A stretch of DNA of 64,000 bases from Tubulanus polymorphus (taxonomy: Eukaryota > Animalia > Nemertea), in NCBI RefSeq assembly GCF_964204645.1, contig NC_134035.1, positions 620,001 through 684,000 on the forward strand, written 5' to 3'. Shown piece by piece: positions 48,101-61,200 of the stretch. Position numbers and translations under genes: made by a program. Below the pieces are notes generated by a model. The model did no database searches, was not told where the DNA came from, and was given only the letters and a program-made list of their open reading frames with translations. Every line of letters begins with the position of its first letter. Position 1 is the stretch's first letter.

Positions 48101-51100
48101 GTATAACTGGAAGATTACTTGCGCGGTACTCCAACAAATTCGTTATTTATTTGATTCTGTAGCCCTCAATTTCAAGTGAAAAAGGAGCCCGTTGAAATGC
48201 CTTCTTGCAGCTCGGTTGTCAGTGGCGCCTTCAAGGTGAAATCAGAACCTAAAGATGATGAAGAGGTGAGTAACGCCAGACGACGTCTGTCAGACTCGTC
48301 TTTCTCCATAACATGATACTTCTACATATTGAGCTAGACAAAATCCAGTTAACAATTCACAAGAATTTCATTTGACCCAAATGACTTGAGTTAAGTCTCA
48401 GTACACGGCCGTGGTCTCAAATGATATTACAAAAATCCAGTTAACTATTCACAAAAATTTCATGGGACTCTAATGTTTTATATTTAATCAACAATTTAAG
48501 TTGTGTATAAGTACACGGCCGCGGTTGTAAATGATATTACGATTGTGCTCGAGTTTCAAGCTCACTGATTACTGTATTTACTCACCAGGGGGCGTTGAAT
48601 ATCGAAACCGTATTTCACACAAAGTACATACGGCATCCTCCGACCCATTGATGTCGTTAACCGATAGTTCCATCTATTTCTAGTCGACGACTCGTTCTAG
48701 TCCGACGCAGTCACAGCCGAACACTGATACGAACACGCAACCGTTTAATTTAAACGAACCAATCACCGATCAGGTGATGGTCAGTCAGACGATGATACCG
48801 TCGAACGACGATCTGAGCGAGGATTATTGCGCGTGTTGTCATAACGGCGGCGATCTACTGTGTTGTGATAACTGTCCGAAAGTGTTTCATCTACAGTGTC
48901 ACGTTCCAGCTCTGAATACAGCTCCTGTGTGAGTATGATTATCAGATAAGCTTTTATTGTCATATTATTCACGCAGTGCTGCAATACGTATCAATCAGCG
49001 GTGTGGACCCCGCACTCTCTTCAGCACCCTCTCCGATATACTCATTCTGTACTTCAGACACCTGCGGGCTATTTCATCAGCACACTTACAAAAACTTACA
49101 TCCACACTTCACATGTGTTTCACCTGAGACATTTTCAATTTAAAATAAACTACAAACACCAGATATTAGACATTTTATCTGCACACTTTCAGAAACTGAT
49201 CGTCCACACTTCACATGTGTTCATAACTTCACCTGAGACATTTTCAATTGAAAATGAACTACTAACACCGGATATTAGACATTTCATTTATGCACTTTCA
49301 AAAACTGATCATTCACATCTCATCAACATCGGGGAATATCTGAAGAAGGGTGGCTCCAGGCTGTAGAGGGGTGGCTCCAGGCTGAGTTGCTTATGCTTGT
49401 ATCTGCGCTTGAATATACATACATATAGTAGTATTATAACTAGACCTACGTTAATTCTCTCCTCAGATGTTTTTGAATTGTAATAATAATATATTTATTA
49501 TTATTGTTATGTTTTAGCCGGAAAATCATGTAAGCAACATGCATGTTAGCATTCGAATCTCTACAGCACATCATTGCGTCATTCATCGCATTGCTGTCAG
49601 ATTTTCATCATAGAAAATTCTGACAATTGTTTCGAATTTTCATTACAAATTTTTTACACTAAACTTCTACACAATGCGTGCATGCGCGATGAAAGTCATT
49701 AAGTGTTTTGAAATTGATAATTCAGTCCTACTTATTATCTAAACCTAACAGTCTAAATATAGTAAATCATGCGTGACACGATTAATACACATCGTTACTA
49801 CTAGGCGGCGCAATTGACAAATACGTTAAGCATTGTTTACTGTATTTAAATGACCGGTATGTTCGATTAACAACTATTTATAACCATTAATTCATTATAT
49901 CTTATTAATATTCGTAAATATGTTTACGTTTAATTATTTTACTAACTTAACAAAAGAGAAGTTTAAATTGAAAGTGATGCAGACACTTCGTCGAAATTTG
50001 AAAATCCTTGAGCTCCTTATATCCAGGAATAACTGATTTTGTAAGGAGTGTGAAACAATTATTCAACCTGCACACTATCCAGTTTACAGATGTTTAAGTG
50101 TCCTAATACGGCTACAATTACCGGTCCTATAAACCGAGGTTGACTTTATTTATCGTTTGATTACCGGTAGTAGTTTTAACGAATATGTTTTTTGTGTGCT
50201 TGTTTAATTAGCGGCGCGTGGAGATGCGGTCTTTGCGTAGATGGTAGTGATGCGATACTGGACGCTCCCGAGCAGAAACTCGACGGTCCTCACAGTCTGA
50301 AACGCAAGGCTCCTTCCGGTCTGACTGATCGAGAAATTAAGGTACGTCAGCAGCAGCAGCAGCAGATTCCGCTTAATTTAAATTTGAGAACCGTATGCTT
50401 GCCTCGGAACTGATTGCCTCAAACTATAGACAGAATATTCCTTCTCGAATTGGATGCCATCACTCACCAGATGGTGCAAAAATTCACTGTGTTTTATTTG
50501 CAGTATCTCTGAGAAAATCTCTTGTTTCCATGAAATCTGAGGCTAACGGAGTCTTCTACATCATGAGTGTTTGACACAACTCATTGTCTTTAATTACCGA
50601 GTCTTGATTATTATTCAGGTTTGTGAACGCATATTGCTGGAATTGTTCTGCCACGATGCGAGTCCACCGTTTCACGAGCCTGTTCCTAAATCTGTAAGTC
50701 ATTTAATCTATTTGTTCTCCAACAACTCCCAATTGGAAATACTGGGCAGCTGGGCCAACTTACAAAGTTCGTAGTTCTTTTTCATTTCGATTTTACATTG
50801 TGACGTTTTGACTTTGAAGAGGTATTCACTATTAAAGAAAGGTTCACTGTACAAACACAATTATCAAAATAGTCTACGAATCAGAATGGGGTTCTCGATT
50901 ATCTCGATAAACTTCTCCGAAATGGAAGCACCAGGCAGCTGGGCCAACTTACAAAAGTCAACCAGTCTTATGATATGAGACCTCTTATGTCCAATCCATA
51001 GTTCTTTTTCATTTCGATTTTACATTGTGAAGTTTTGACTTGAGGTGTTTCTGTATTTAACAGGTGCCGAACTACTATAAAGTGATCGTGAATCCGGTCG

Positions 51101-51878
51101 ATTTCGGTTTGATAAAACGTAAAGTATCTCGACAACATTTCAATCATTATAACAGCATGGATGATTTCATCGACGATGTACGTTTAGTGTTCACAAACTG
51201 TGCTCGATTTAATTCCGTAAGTTTTCATCATGGTTTTTTAATCCATGAATGTTCTCCCCCCGGGGTAGTAAGTGAATCTGGGGGGCGGTCGAAGAGACGT
51301 TGGATCGTCATCGCAAGAATAGGGCACGTTGGCTGCCACTGATGATACGGTGCTGCCCCCCAGTGTCGCCGGTATACACTCATAGATTGGCACTGGAGCC
51401 GTTACATAGTCAGCCTTTGCTCGAAATTGGCCAATCAGCATTGAGAATGAAGCTGAGTTTGTTCACATTACCAGCCAATCAGCAACTGTGTCATTCCCGT
51501 GTGCCGGAGTATAAATATGTAACTGTAAATAAGCGAATCAGCTATGAATATATTTGTAGCCAGCACTGAACTTGGAAGTACAAACATACTTGTAGTCGGT
51601 CGCGAAAAAATTTGAATTCGGCCTAATCATATTCATTGTGGTATTAATTTCAGGAACATTCCGAGGTGGGAAAAATCGGCAAAATCGTCGAGAACTTTTT
51701 CGAGGAACGTTTGAAACATTTTATGCCGTGGTACGTGTACGAACGGGAATCAGTGACGCCCGGTTCGTATCATAGCGACTCGGAAATTACCAGACGTCTA
51801 TCCGCGCAACATAAACGCGTGAAACGACCGGAAGAAACGATCGCGAGACCCGCGAGCGATTCATCGCCGGTTTCATGA
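45182..51878 (+). CDS. TRIM33: TIF1-family protein (TRIM24/28/33, Drosophila bonus-like): RING, two B-boxes, coiled coil, PHD, bromodomain
   Basis: Exon 45182-45647 has [22 protein letters not shown], completed by RCATC in exon 46225-47496. B-box1: [30 protein letters not shown]-box2: [27 protein letters not shown]: [31 protein letters not shown] (~48815-48927) plus WRCGLC. Bromodomain: [38 protein letters not shown]. Stop at 51876-51878. The symbol names the closest vertebrate paralogue; this is probably a single-copy pro-orthologue. Confidence 0.93.
46007..46190. mobile_element. MITE family A (46007-46140) followed by a half copy of family B
   Basis: Same internal sequence as 60510-60645, then CAG and GACCCAGTTACACAGTTGTGA. 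Confidence 0.65.
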
Positions 51879-52891
51879 GAATATACATCCGCGATTTGAT
51901 GAGAGCTTAATAACTGAAAATCTAATACAGGACGTATCTATATCTAAAACCTGGAACCACCGCCTTTAGAAGTGTGGACTTACATCAATTCAGGGTAGGA
52001 TCCAGAGGCCAATTGTGAAGAACTTGTCACATCCCAAAACAGCCCTTTGATGCCCAAAAAGGTAATACTAGGTATAATCCTGCAATGAAATGCACCAATT
52101 TTCTTAATTGACAAAATGAAAAAGGGCGCTCAAAAAATTAGATAGATTTGTACAAGTTCCCTTGGATCCGTCCTTGCTATTATTGAAAGTTTGCTGATAA
52201 GATGTCTGGTTTGTGTTGTTCGTGTTCGATTCAAAATGTCTGTGGTAAAGAACACCGAACATACGTAGAGTCTGGACAATAACTGAAAATTGTAAAGAGA
52301 ATGATTAATAAAGTGTTGAATATCTTTAAGGGAGAGCAGGGTTAGGTTTAGCTAGACTGCGTGGTCTGCAGGGTCCACAGGATACAAGCAGCCGATCGAT
52401 ACGTGAATGATCCTGATAAGATTTTGACACATTAGTTGATGATACATATTATTTGTAGTATGTTCAAGCTGAGGAATTTTGCTTAAACTGTTGATTAAAC
52501 GTAATTATGATATTTTGATCACTGTTCACAAGCACTGTAGATGTAGTCAGACCACTGGAAGATGACTATTGTAATTGATATTTCAAGTATTATTATCATG
52601 TATAAAGTAGGATTCTAAATTGTTCTATTTGTAGTAGAGTGTAGTGATTGCATACACCGGTACATAGAACCTGCTTGAGTTAATTAATTGATGCAGTGAT
52701 TATTAATGCCTAATGCTGTAGCCACTGATACTACCGTACACATGTATGTTATTGTATTACGCTGTCCTTTTACTATGCAAACATTAGCTATAAATTATTC
52801 TCTGTGACGGTAATGTTTTGTACCAAGAAAATTGTTTGTTGTCCAGTCTAGATACTAGCCAATCTTATGTGTCTCCTAAACCAGTATGAAT

Positions 52892-53001
52892 TCCAGCTGA
52901 TATTACGGGTTACCCCCCAGAACAGTGTGAATACCAGATGTATAGGTTATCCCTAGAACAGTGTGAAAACCAGCTGATCTTATGAGTTACCCCTAGAACA
53001 G
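52892..53001. repeat. Degenerate tandem repeat, 3 x ~38 bp
   Basis: CCAGCTGAT..GGTTACCCCTAGAACAG repeated three times. Confidence 0.7.
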
Positions 53002-53498
53002 AATGGTCTTACGGGCTATTGCTAGTTGTTTTGGGAGCAAGGGCTAGATTCTAGAATCTAGAAATACCCTGATGTTAAGATCAGTTGAAAACTGAATATT
53101 CAAATATCGGGGAAGAGATAAAGAGTTCAATTCAAACTCAGTATTTTCTTTCGATGTAAAAAATACAGGTAGACTGAAAATTGATGAAATATATTTTAAA
53201 GAAGTTTGAATGGTATATGTATGTATCTCTATAGTTGCACTGGCCTCTTCAATATCTTTCAAATAGTTTTGTAATCACTCCTGTTTTTACTGTTAAATTG
53301 TATAATCTTTTTGCTTTCAAATTCACGGAGATCATGTTACAATTGTCTAAAACTGCTAATTAACTTTCATTTCTTGTTTTTAAGATTATGTATTGTCAAG
53401 AATAAGTCGATTGTAAATCTGTTAAATTCGCTTAATCCGAATTTTGGTCTACGGTAATCGAGACAATATTTGCAGTCCATTTGTTCATAGATATACAG

Positions 53499-53629
53499 GA
53501 GCTTGTTGCTCAAAAGTTAGTTGGAGTTAACCAGTGGATAGTTGACATGGTGACAATTGAAAGTTTGTCATTACTATATGGTATTTATCGGCCGGTTATC
53601 TTTAACCACATTTTGAGCAACTGCAGCCT
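53499..53629. mobile_element. MITE family C in the region 3' of the TIF1 gene
   Basis: TIR core GTTGCTCAAAA/TTTTGAGCAAC, CAG/CTG flanks, internal similarity to 58878-59009. Confidence 0.65.
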
Positions 53630-54164
53630 CTGATGAATTTTGTTGGTCCCAAATGATCCGAATAATGAAGCGAATTCATCTGCACGTATATCTACTTATT
53701 TTTTATAGCTGTCTCCTCTTTGTATGCGTGGTGTTATAAAACTGAATGAATGCTTCTCGTGCTTGTGCTAATTATTGAAATGAGATAGATAATTATGAAA
53801 ATGATCCTTCATTTAGGCATAATGATTAATCCGTAGTTGAAAAGATTACCTTCGTTGATTAACCGAGAATTAATAAATCACATTTCTTAAAAAAAGAATT
53901 GTTTTGTAAAATTGGCGGTTTTAGTATCGAATGACTCGCGACAGAACAGATGATTACAACACCAGTGTCAGACATGCTCGCAGCCTCACGTCATTAACCA
54001 CTGCGTCTACCACCTTGTAAATATTGCATCATCGAACTTCAGTTTTCATCATTGATCTTGACTAGTGGTTGGAACTAATAATAGAATTCAGAATAGTTTG
54101 GTTTAAATGTATTTGTATTTTCATAATGTTAGCTATTTTAGAACTAGTGAACTGCAGCGACGTG

Positions 54165-54724
54165 ATCAATCCCGGCGTGGTTGACTATTTCTATCAATCC
54201 CGGCGTGGTTGACTATTTCTATCAATCCCGGCGTGGTTGACTATTTCTATCAATCCCGGCGTGGTTGACTATTTCTATCAATCCCGGCGTGGTTGACTAT
54301 TTCTATCAATCCCGTCGTGGTTGACTATTTCTATCAATCCCGGCGTGGTTGACTATTTCTATCAATCCCGGCGTGGTTGACTATTTCTATCGATCCCGTC
54401 GTGGTTGACTATTTCTATCGATCCCGGCGTGGTTGACTATTTCTATCGATCCCGGCGTGGTTGACTATTTCTATCGATCCCGGCGTGGTTGACTATTTCT
54501 ATCGATCCCGTCGTGGTTGACTATTTCTATCGATCCCGGCGTGGTTGACTATTTCTATCGATCCCGGCGTGGTTGACTATTTCTATCGATCCCGGCGTGG
54601 TTGACTATTTCTATCGATCCCGGCGTGGTTGACTATTTCTATCGATCCCGGCGTGGTTGACTATTTCTATCGATCCCGGCGTGGTTGACTATTTCTATCG
54701 ATCCCGGCGTGGTTGACTATTTCT
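54165..54724. repeat. Minisatellite, ~20 copies of a 28-bp unit (ATC[A/G]ATCCCG[G/T]CGTGGTTGACTATTTCT)
   Basis: Head-to-tail units with an exact 28-bp period and no spacers. Confidence 0.97.
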
Positions 54725-55206
54725 GGATTATGGAGTTCAGACTAACTGACATGGCATTCAGTTTGACTTAGTTTGCCCTTCTTGCTCCTGCCCCAGAAGT
54801 CAACTGTTTGACCAAGAAGCTAGAAACTGACTGATTGCTCAGTATCACCGTCAAATCATGCCAAATTTTGAACATTTTGTCGCATCATTTTGGGACCACG
54901 AATTCTGCTGCACCTAGTGAAATCGATTCCATCTGAAATATTCATTAATCATTGAACTCTAATTAAATTGGATTTTTAATTCTATGAAATACGATTATAC
55001 TGTACATCAACCCCTGTAAAGATATTAACTCGTTTTCATACCGGTCCGGTTAGACTATTCCGGTTCTGTATCCGTGTTTTCCTCATCGATCCAATTCCGT
55101 GTTTTAATTTCATCCAAAATATGTCCCCGAAAATTAAATCCACTTGATTGATGAAATACATTCTGTTGCTGTTATTTTAATTACTGCGACTGATAAAACT
55201 ATTGAC

Positions 55207-58200
55207 ATGTCACAGAAACGAGCGCCGTATAATAAACCCGGGGGTCCCGTACCCAAACGATTCAAGTGAGTTCAAATTTGTTTATCTTAACCTCAAATTG
55301 AGTTGATAAATCAAAAAATTGTGAAACTAAACCACAGACAGGTTACTGACTAGTTGTTTCCATGATGTTTGTAAATGACAAATGGATGGTTTATGATTTG
55401 GATGAGGTTGAAGGCTGCGGAGGCTGAAATGAAATAAGTGTCACTCTTGCCTTACCTACATTCTACAAGAAGATGGGCGGATTAGACAAGTGCTTACTTT
55501 TATTATTAAAAAGTGTTTAAAAATGTTTACTTTTGCCTCAGCATTACAACTACTAAACCCCAGTTTTATATATGTGTCATACATTATTTCAGGGATGATG
55601 ATGAAGACGATGATGATCCATCGAACTTCGAGTCTGAACTCGCTCTGCTCGAAGAGATTGAAAATGACATCGCGGATGATAACAGTCAACAAGGTTCTGT
55701 TAAAATACATCCCCTCGGGAGGGAATTTGACAAATTTTGCAATAACAATCCCAGAAAACTCCTAGAATTTGGATATGCTATTGATCACGCATTTCTTTAT
55801 CAATATTAGATTCATTAAAAATGAATCAATTGTAACATGTTAAACCAAGAGATATTTCCATTCATCTGCCACAGATTCACTCAGGAAATTTTGTGTTATA
55901 ACATTGAAAAATTTTGAAAGTGGCCACCGCATTGTCTCATTTATCAGTCAAGTTTGAATGTAGAGTTAAAATAAAGCTTGTACATTCTAATGTTTCAAAT
56001 CTGGAGCAACTGGATCCTTGACACATTGTTCGTATCACTTCCAAACTGAAATAATTAATGAATCTCATAATGATTATTTTTTAGGTCCGTCTGGTCCTGA
56101 TGTAAACACGACAAATTCTAAGTGGGCGCGACCTGCACCTCCAACCATAAACCCCAACACTGATTCTATAGTGTTTCAACAGATCGATGTCGATAGTTAT
56201 TCAGGTGTTGTATTCAATTACTACTATTAAACATTATTAATAGACTGTCGTAGAAAGAAAAGCTTGAAATCATTTTCATTTTAAGGTAGTTTCCTAGTAG
56301 TTTTAGTGTCAAAGGTCATTGGCAAATTAGGGAAATTGAATTCAGAACTCAAGATTAACTCCTAGATCAAATAGAGTAGCTTGTAAAGAAATTAAGGCAT
56401 AACTGGATTGCCTCCAGCTTATAGCATCATCATCCTGTTTCTATATGGGTAATTCGGGAGCAATCCCTAGTGGGTGACTCCAGTTGAACTAACTGTATTA
56501 TGATTATATTTCAGGGCCGTATTTGCCGGGAATGCCTGGACTTACAGTCGGTCAGGTACCCATTATACGTATGTACGGTGTAACTATGGATGGTAACAGC
56601 GTTCTAACTCATATTCATGGATTCGGTCCATATTTCTACGCGACTGCACCTCAAAACTTCAAGGCTGCAGATTGTGGTAAATTCAAGGTAGGTTGAGGAA
56701 GTGTCTTTACCAGAACATTACGTGTTCGATTCGCTTATACTCAGAACTACTCAGATTTTATCTATCGCCTTGGGTTATTGCAAATAAACGAATGACATTG
56801 GGTTAACTTGCTCAAGAATAGGTCATTCCATTCACCAGCACTACTACATTCAACATTCTCCATACATGTAACCTATTGTAATACTGTCGCCTTAATCAAC
56901 AGCCATTTTTTCCTCCAAGTAGCCCACTGGCCGAGGAGGTTACTTCGTCCTCACCTGGAGAAGATCGGGTGTACCATATAACACATAGAATGAACGCTTC
57001 TGGGCTTTCCCTGAGTTATTTCTGGGCTACCTGAGCAGGAAAATCGAACGCCCTAGCAACGAGTAGGGTCAGTCCCAGTCGAACGTAAATAGTAATTGTT
57101 TTGTTTATAGACCGTTCTCAATAGTCTACTGCTGAAAGAGCGTTCCGGTAAAGACCTACCACTCGCCGTGTTAGCCGTCGAATTGTGCGTTAAAGAAAGT
57201 ATTTACGGTTTCCACGGTAATCAGAAAACTACGTTCATGAAAATAACGGTGGCTCTTCCGACATTGCTGGCGGCGTGTCGACGAATCATGGAATCAGGAT
57301 TTCAGATTCCTGATTACGGACATCAGGCGTTCTCCGTATATGAATGTGATATCGCTTATGTTGTCAGGTATGTAATGTATATTTGAACTTTTGTAGCGCT
57401 ATCCAACAAGCCGCAAGGTGCCCTTGCAACAAATATTTGATATCATGAAAAAATGCGCGGTACAGCCGGTAGACTTGCTGAAAAACTGAGAAACAACTGA
57501 TTCGCTCTGAGATTAACTGGGAGAGAACCGTTTAACTGTCTAACTCGGATTTAACCATTTAACTCAAGAAAGTCATTTAATTCTCATATTTGTTGAAATA
57601 CTTTTCTGGCCCTGTATTAATTTTATCTACCATCCAACTCTGATATTTCTCTCAAGTCTGATCTGAGAAAAGTCTACTGTATATTGAATGTTTGTTGCTG
57701 TTTACTTTCCATAGAGAGTTGAATGAACAAAAAACTAAATTCATCATTTTATTAGGATGAATTTTGTTTTAGTTGTGATTCTGTTTTGGCTTAATCATTG
57801 CTGTTTAGATCGCATACAACTTCTTATCTGTAACATTTGAGATTTTAAAGAATTTCACATTTTAAATCATGTTTAGATTTATGGTCGATACGAACGTAGT
57901 CGGCTGTAACTGGATCGAAATCCCTAAAGGGAAGTATAAACTACGCGAACAGCAGACGACGACGTCGTCGAGCAACGACCGAGCCTTCGTTTCTCGTTGT
58001 CAAATCGAACTCGACGTTTCGTGGGAAGATTTCATTTCTCATTCGCCCGAAGGAGATTGGGCGAAGATCGCTCCGTTGCGGATATTGAGTTTTGATATCG
58101 AATGCGCTGGACGTAAAGGTAGGTTTCAGAATACCCGGTACTTGTCGGTCCGTTTAACTGAAATTTCAGGACCCAGTTCCACAGTTATCAGTTACAATTC

Positions 58201-61200
58201 ATCTATTCGAAAATGAACTCATATTAACTCTAGAGCCAAACTTAAACCGTGGAACTTGATCCTCGATTTTGTAACCACCCGGTAGATCCTCGGCCCAAGT
58301 TGAACAGAACATCATTCAGAGCTGCCCCAACTGTTCCTTATTATCATTATTTGTTACTGTTTTATATCGAGAAATACTGATTTGATTTGTTTGATGCGTA
58401 CAGAAATATGAAAGATGTTACTGAAAGTCTTACTGTTGATTACTGATTAATTTGAGCAGAAATATGAAAGATGTTACTGAAAGTCTTACTGTTGATTACT
58501 GATTAATTTGTACAGAAATATGAAAGATGTTACTGAGGGTCTTACTGTTGATTACTGAATAAATTGAACATTTTCTTTCTTATTTCAATGAAATGTTAGT
58601 GAAAAAGATTCAATTTGTTTCCAGTTGAACAGATCATCATTATGTAATTGGTTTGTTTCAGGTATTTTCCCCGAAGCGAATAAAGATCCCGTCATTCAAA
58701 TCGCTAACATGGTGATCCGACAGGGCGAAAAAGATCCGTTCATTCGAAACGTTTTCACGTTGAAGACATGCGCTCCTATTATCGGTTGTCAGGTGATTTC
58801 CTACGACAAAGAGACAGAGGTGCTCGCCGTAAGTTTTATATTCTACAGTTTGAATTCTCTTAGATTATCAAAATCTGGGGCTGCAGTTGCTCAAAGGTGG
58901 GTTAAAGGTATTCTAGCGAATAAATACAATAGTAACAACAAACTTTTAATTGTCACTATGTCCACTATCCACTGGTTAACTCTAACCGTCTTTTCAGCAA
59001 CTGCAGCCCCAGATATATTCCATTGTATAAATGAATCTTTAATTGTCGCTATGTTAACAATCCACTGTTTAACTCTTAATCAATTTTTGAGCAACTGCAG
59101 CCTCTGTTACACAAAATAGTTACGCATTGTCATCAGTTCAATTGTGTTCAGAATCAATCATAACTCGAAGCCATGATTCAGACATAGCTAAGAGCATTTG
59201 AAAGTTGTCACTCAGTCACAGTTTGTATCAATGTTCAAAGCAGGAAAAAGTGAGAGCTTAACGAGACCTAGACTTGGTTATCGCATAGAACTCAAATCAA
59301 ATTTATCGTTTGATTGAGATTCAGAACTTATTCGGATTAGAAGATGAAAGTTGAACAGAATCTGAGTTTTGATTTTAATCTTTATTTTTTAGAAATGGGC
59401 TGAGTTTGTGCGAGAGGTTGACGCCGATATAATCACCGGTTACAACATCGTCAACTTCGATTTCCCGTATTTGATCAACCGAGCGGCGCATCTTAAAGTG
59501 AACACGTTCTCGTATCTGGGACGAATTAAAAACTCGATATCGAAAATACGCGAGTCGATGATTCAATCGAAACAGATGGGACGACGCGAAAACAAGGATA
59601 TAAACATCGAAGGTCGCGTTCAGTTCGATCTGCTGCAGGTACGTATAACACAGAGCGATCAAACCACGGAGGGAGCCTGCAACAGGAAAACCTAGAATTG
59701 AAAGAATAACTATTGAGAAAACATGGCTGCAATCTTTAATCGGAAAACCAACAAAAGAAAAGCTATTGAAGTTTTCTTCATGTTTCAACTCGTTTTGTGC
59801 CATTTTTAAATTTAACTGACAGTTGTATATTGATGCTTAGACGTGAAAAATAGATTATGAGATTAGAACCCACTGCTCAAATCTGAAAGGTTAAAAGCAT
59901 AATTCATTTATCAAAAATTGAAATCAGAGGACGCAATGTTTTGAACTCTCTAGAGACCATTGTCAGATGTATACAGTTAGTCTTATTCTTATTAAGTAAG
60001 TTAGAGTTGAAATAACTTGAATTTTCTCTTTAAAGACAGTCGTTTGTTTGTATTGAAACCAAAATAGTTGCAACAATTTCATTGTCACTAATTGATTCTA
60101 ATAAACGATGTTATAATTATTTACAGGTTTTGCTGCGCGATTACAAGTTACGATCGTACACTTTGAACGCCGTTTCTTTTCACTTTTTACAAGAACAAAA
60201 AGAGGACGTACAACATTCAATAATCACTGATTTACAGGTACGAGGCAGGAATAACAGATATCTGTAGGAATGCTAAAATTTAACTAGGAATAACAGGTTT
60301 CTGTCGGAATGCTCTATTCTATGTTGTTTTCTCTAAAATCTCATTTCGAGGCAAAATTATCATAAATAGCCGCGTCATACTTGACCATTAGACTCTCAAA
60401 TCACCAGGATCCAGTTCCATAGTCGTGAATTAGAGTTAAAATTGGTTCATTTTCAATGAGTTAACTCTTGAGTCAAATCTTAAGTCACTACTGTGGAACT
60501 GGGGTCCAGGGCCCAGTTCCATAGTCATGGCTTAGACTTAAGACCAATTTAAGACCATGTTAGCTCTATAACCAATCTAACAACTTAAGACCAGTCTCAA
60601 AATCTAAGACCATTTTTGGACTTAACACAACTGAGGAACTGGCCCCAGTAGTGACAGAAGATCAAGGTAAAATTATCGAAAATAGCAGCTTGATTATTAG
60701 ACTGGTTTTATTTTCATGAAATATAGAATGGAACGAAGCAAACGAGACGCCGACTTGCTGTTTATTGTATGAAAGACGCAATTCTTCCTTTGCGTCTGCT
60801 GGAAAAACTGATGTGCATCATTAACTACATGGAGATGGCTCGAGTAACCGGTGTACCGTTACCTTATTTACTCACCAGGGGGCAGCAAATCAAAGTCATC
60901 TCTCAACTGTTGCGTAAGGTACTTTGAAAAAAGTGATTTAGCCATATGTGTACTTTTTTGTTTGGGTTTCTTGGTGGATGGTTCTTGTCAAGGATTGATC
61001 TGAGATTTTTCTCAAATTTTTGAAACTTTAGGTCAAAAAAGAAAGGTGCTTTTCGGGGCTCTTTCAGTATTCTACCTCTCAAATCCAATCAAGCCTTTTT
61101 GGATTTATTTTTCATTCTAAAAAATACTTTTTTGAAGGGGCGGACCCGTTCACCCACCTAAATCAGCTTTTATCTCTGGCCTCTCCTTTTGAATGAGAAA

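Noticed and set aside
50745-51040. Duplicated ~70-bp segment in a TIF1 intron as a possible alternative exon pair
   Set aside because: The duplicated sequence is non-coding and has no paired splice sites. It is a simple local duplication.
54165-54724. CRISPR-like array of 28-bp repeats
   Set aside because: Units are head-to-tail with no unique spacers, there are no cas genes, and the context is eukaryotic. It is a minisatellite.
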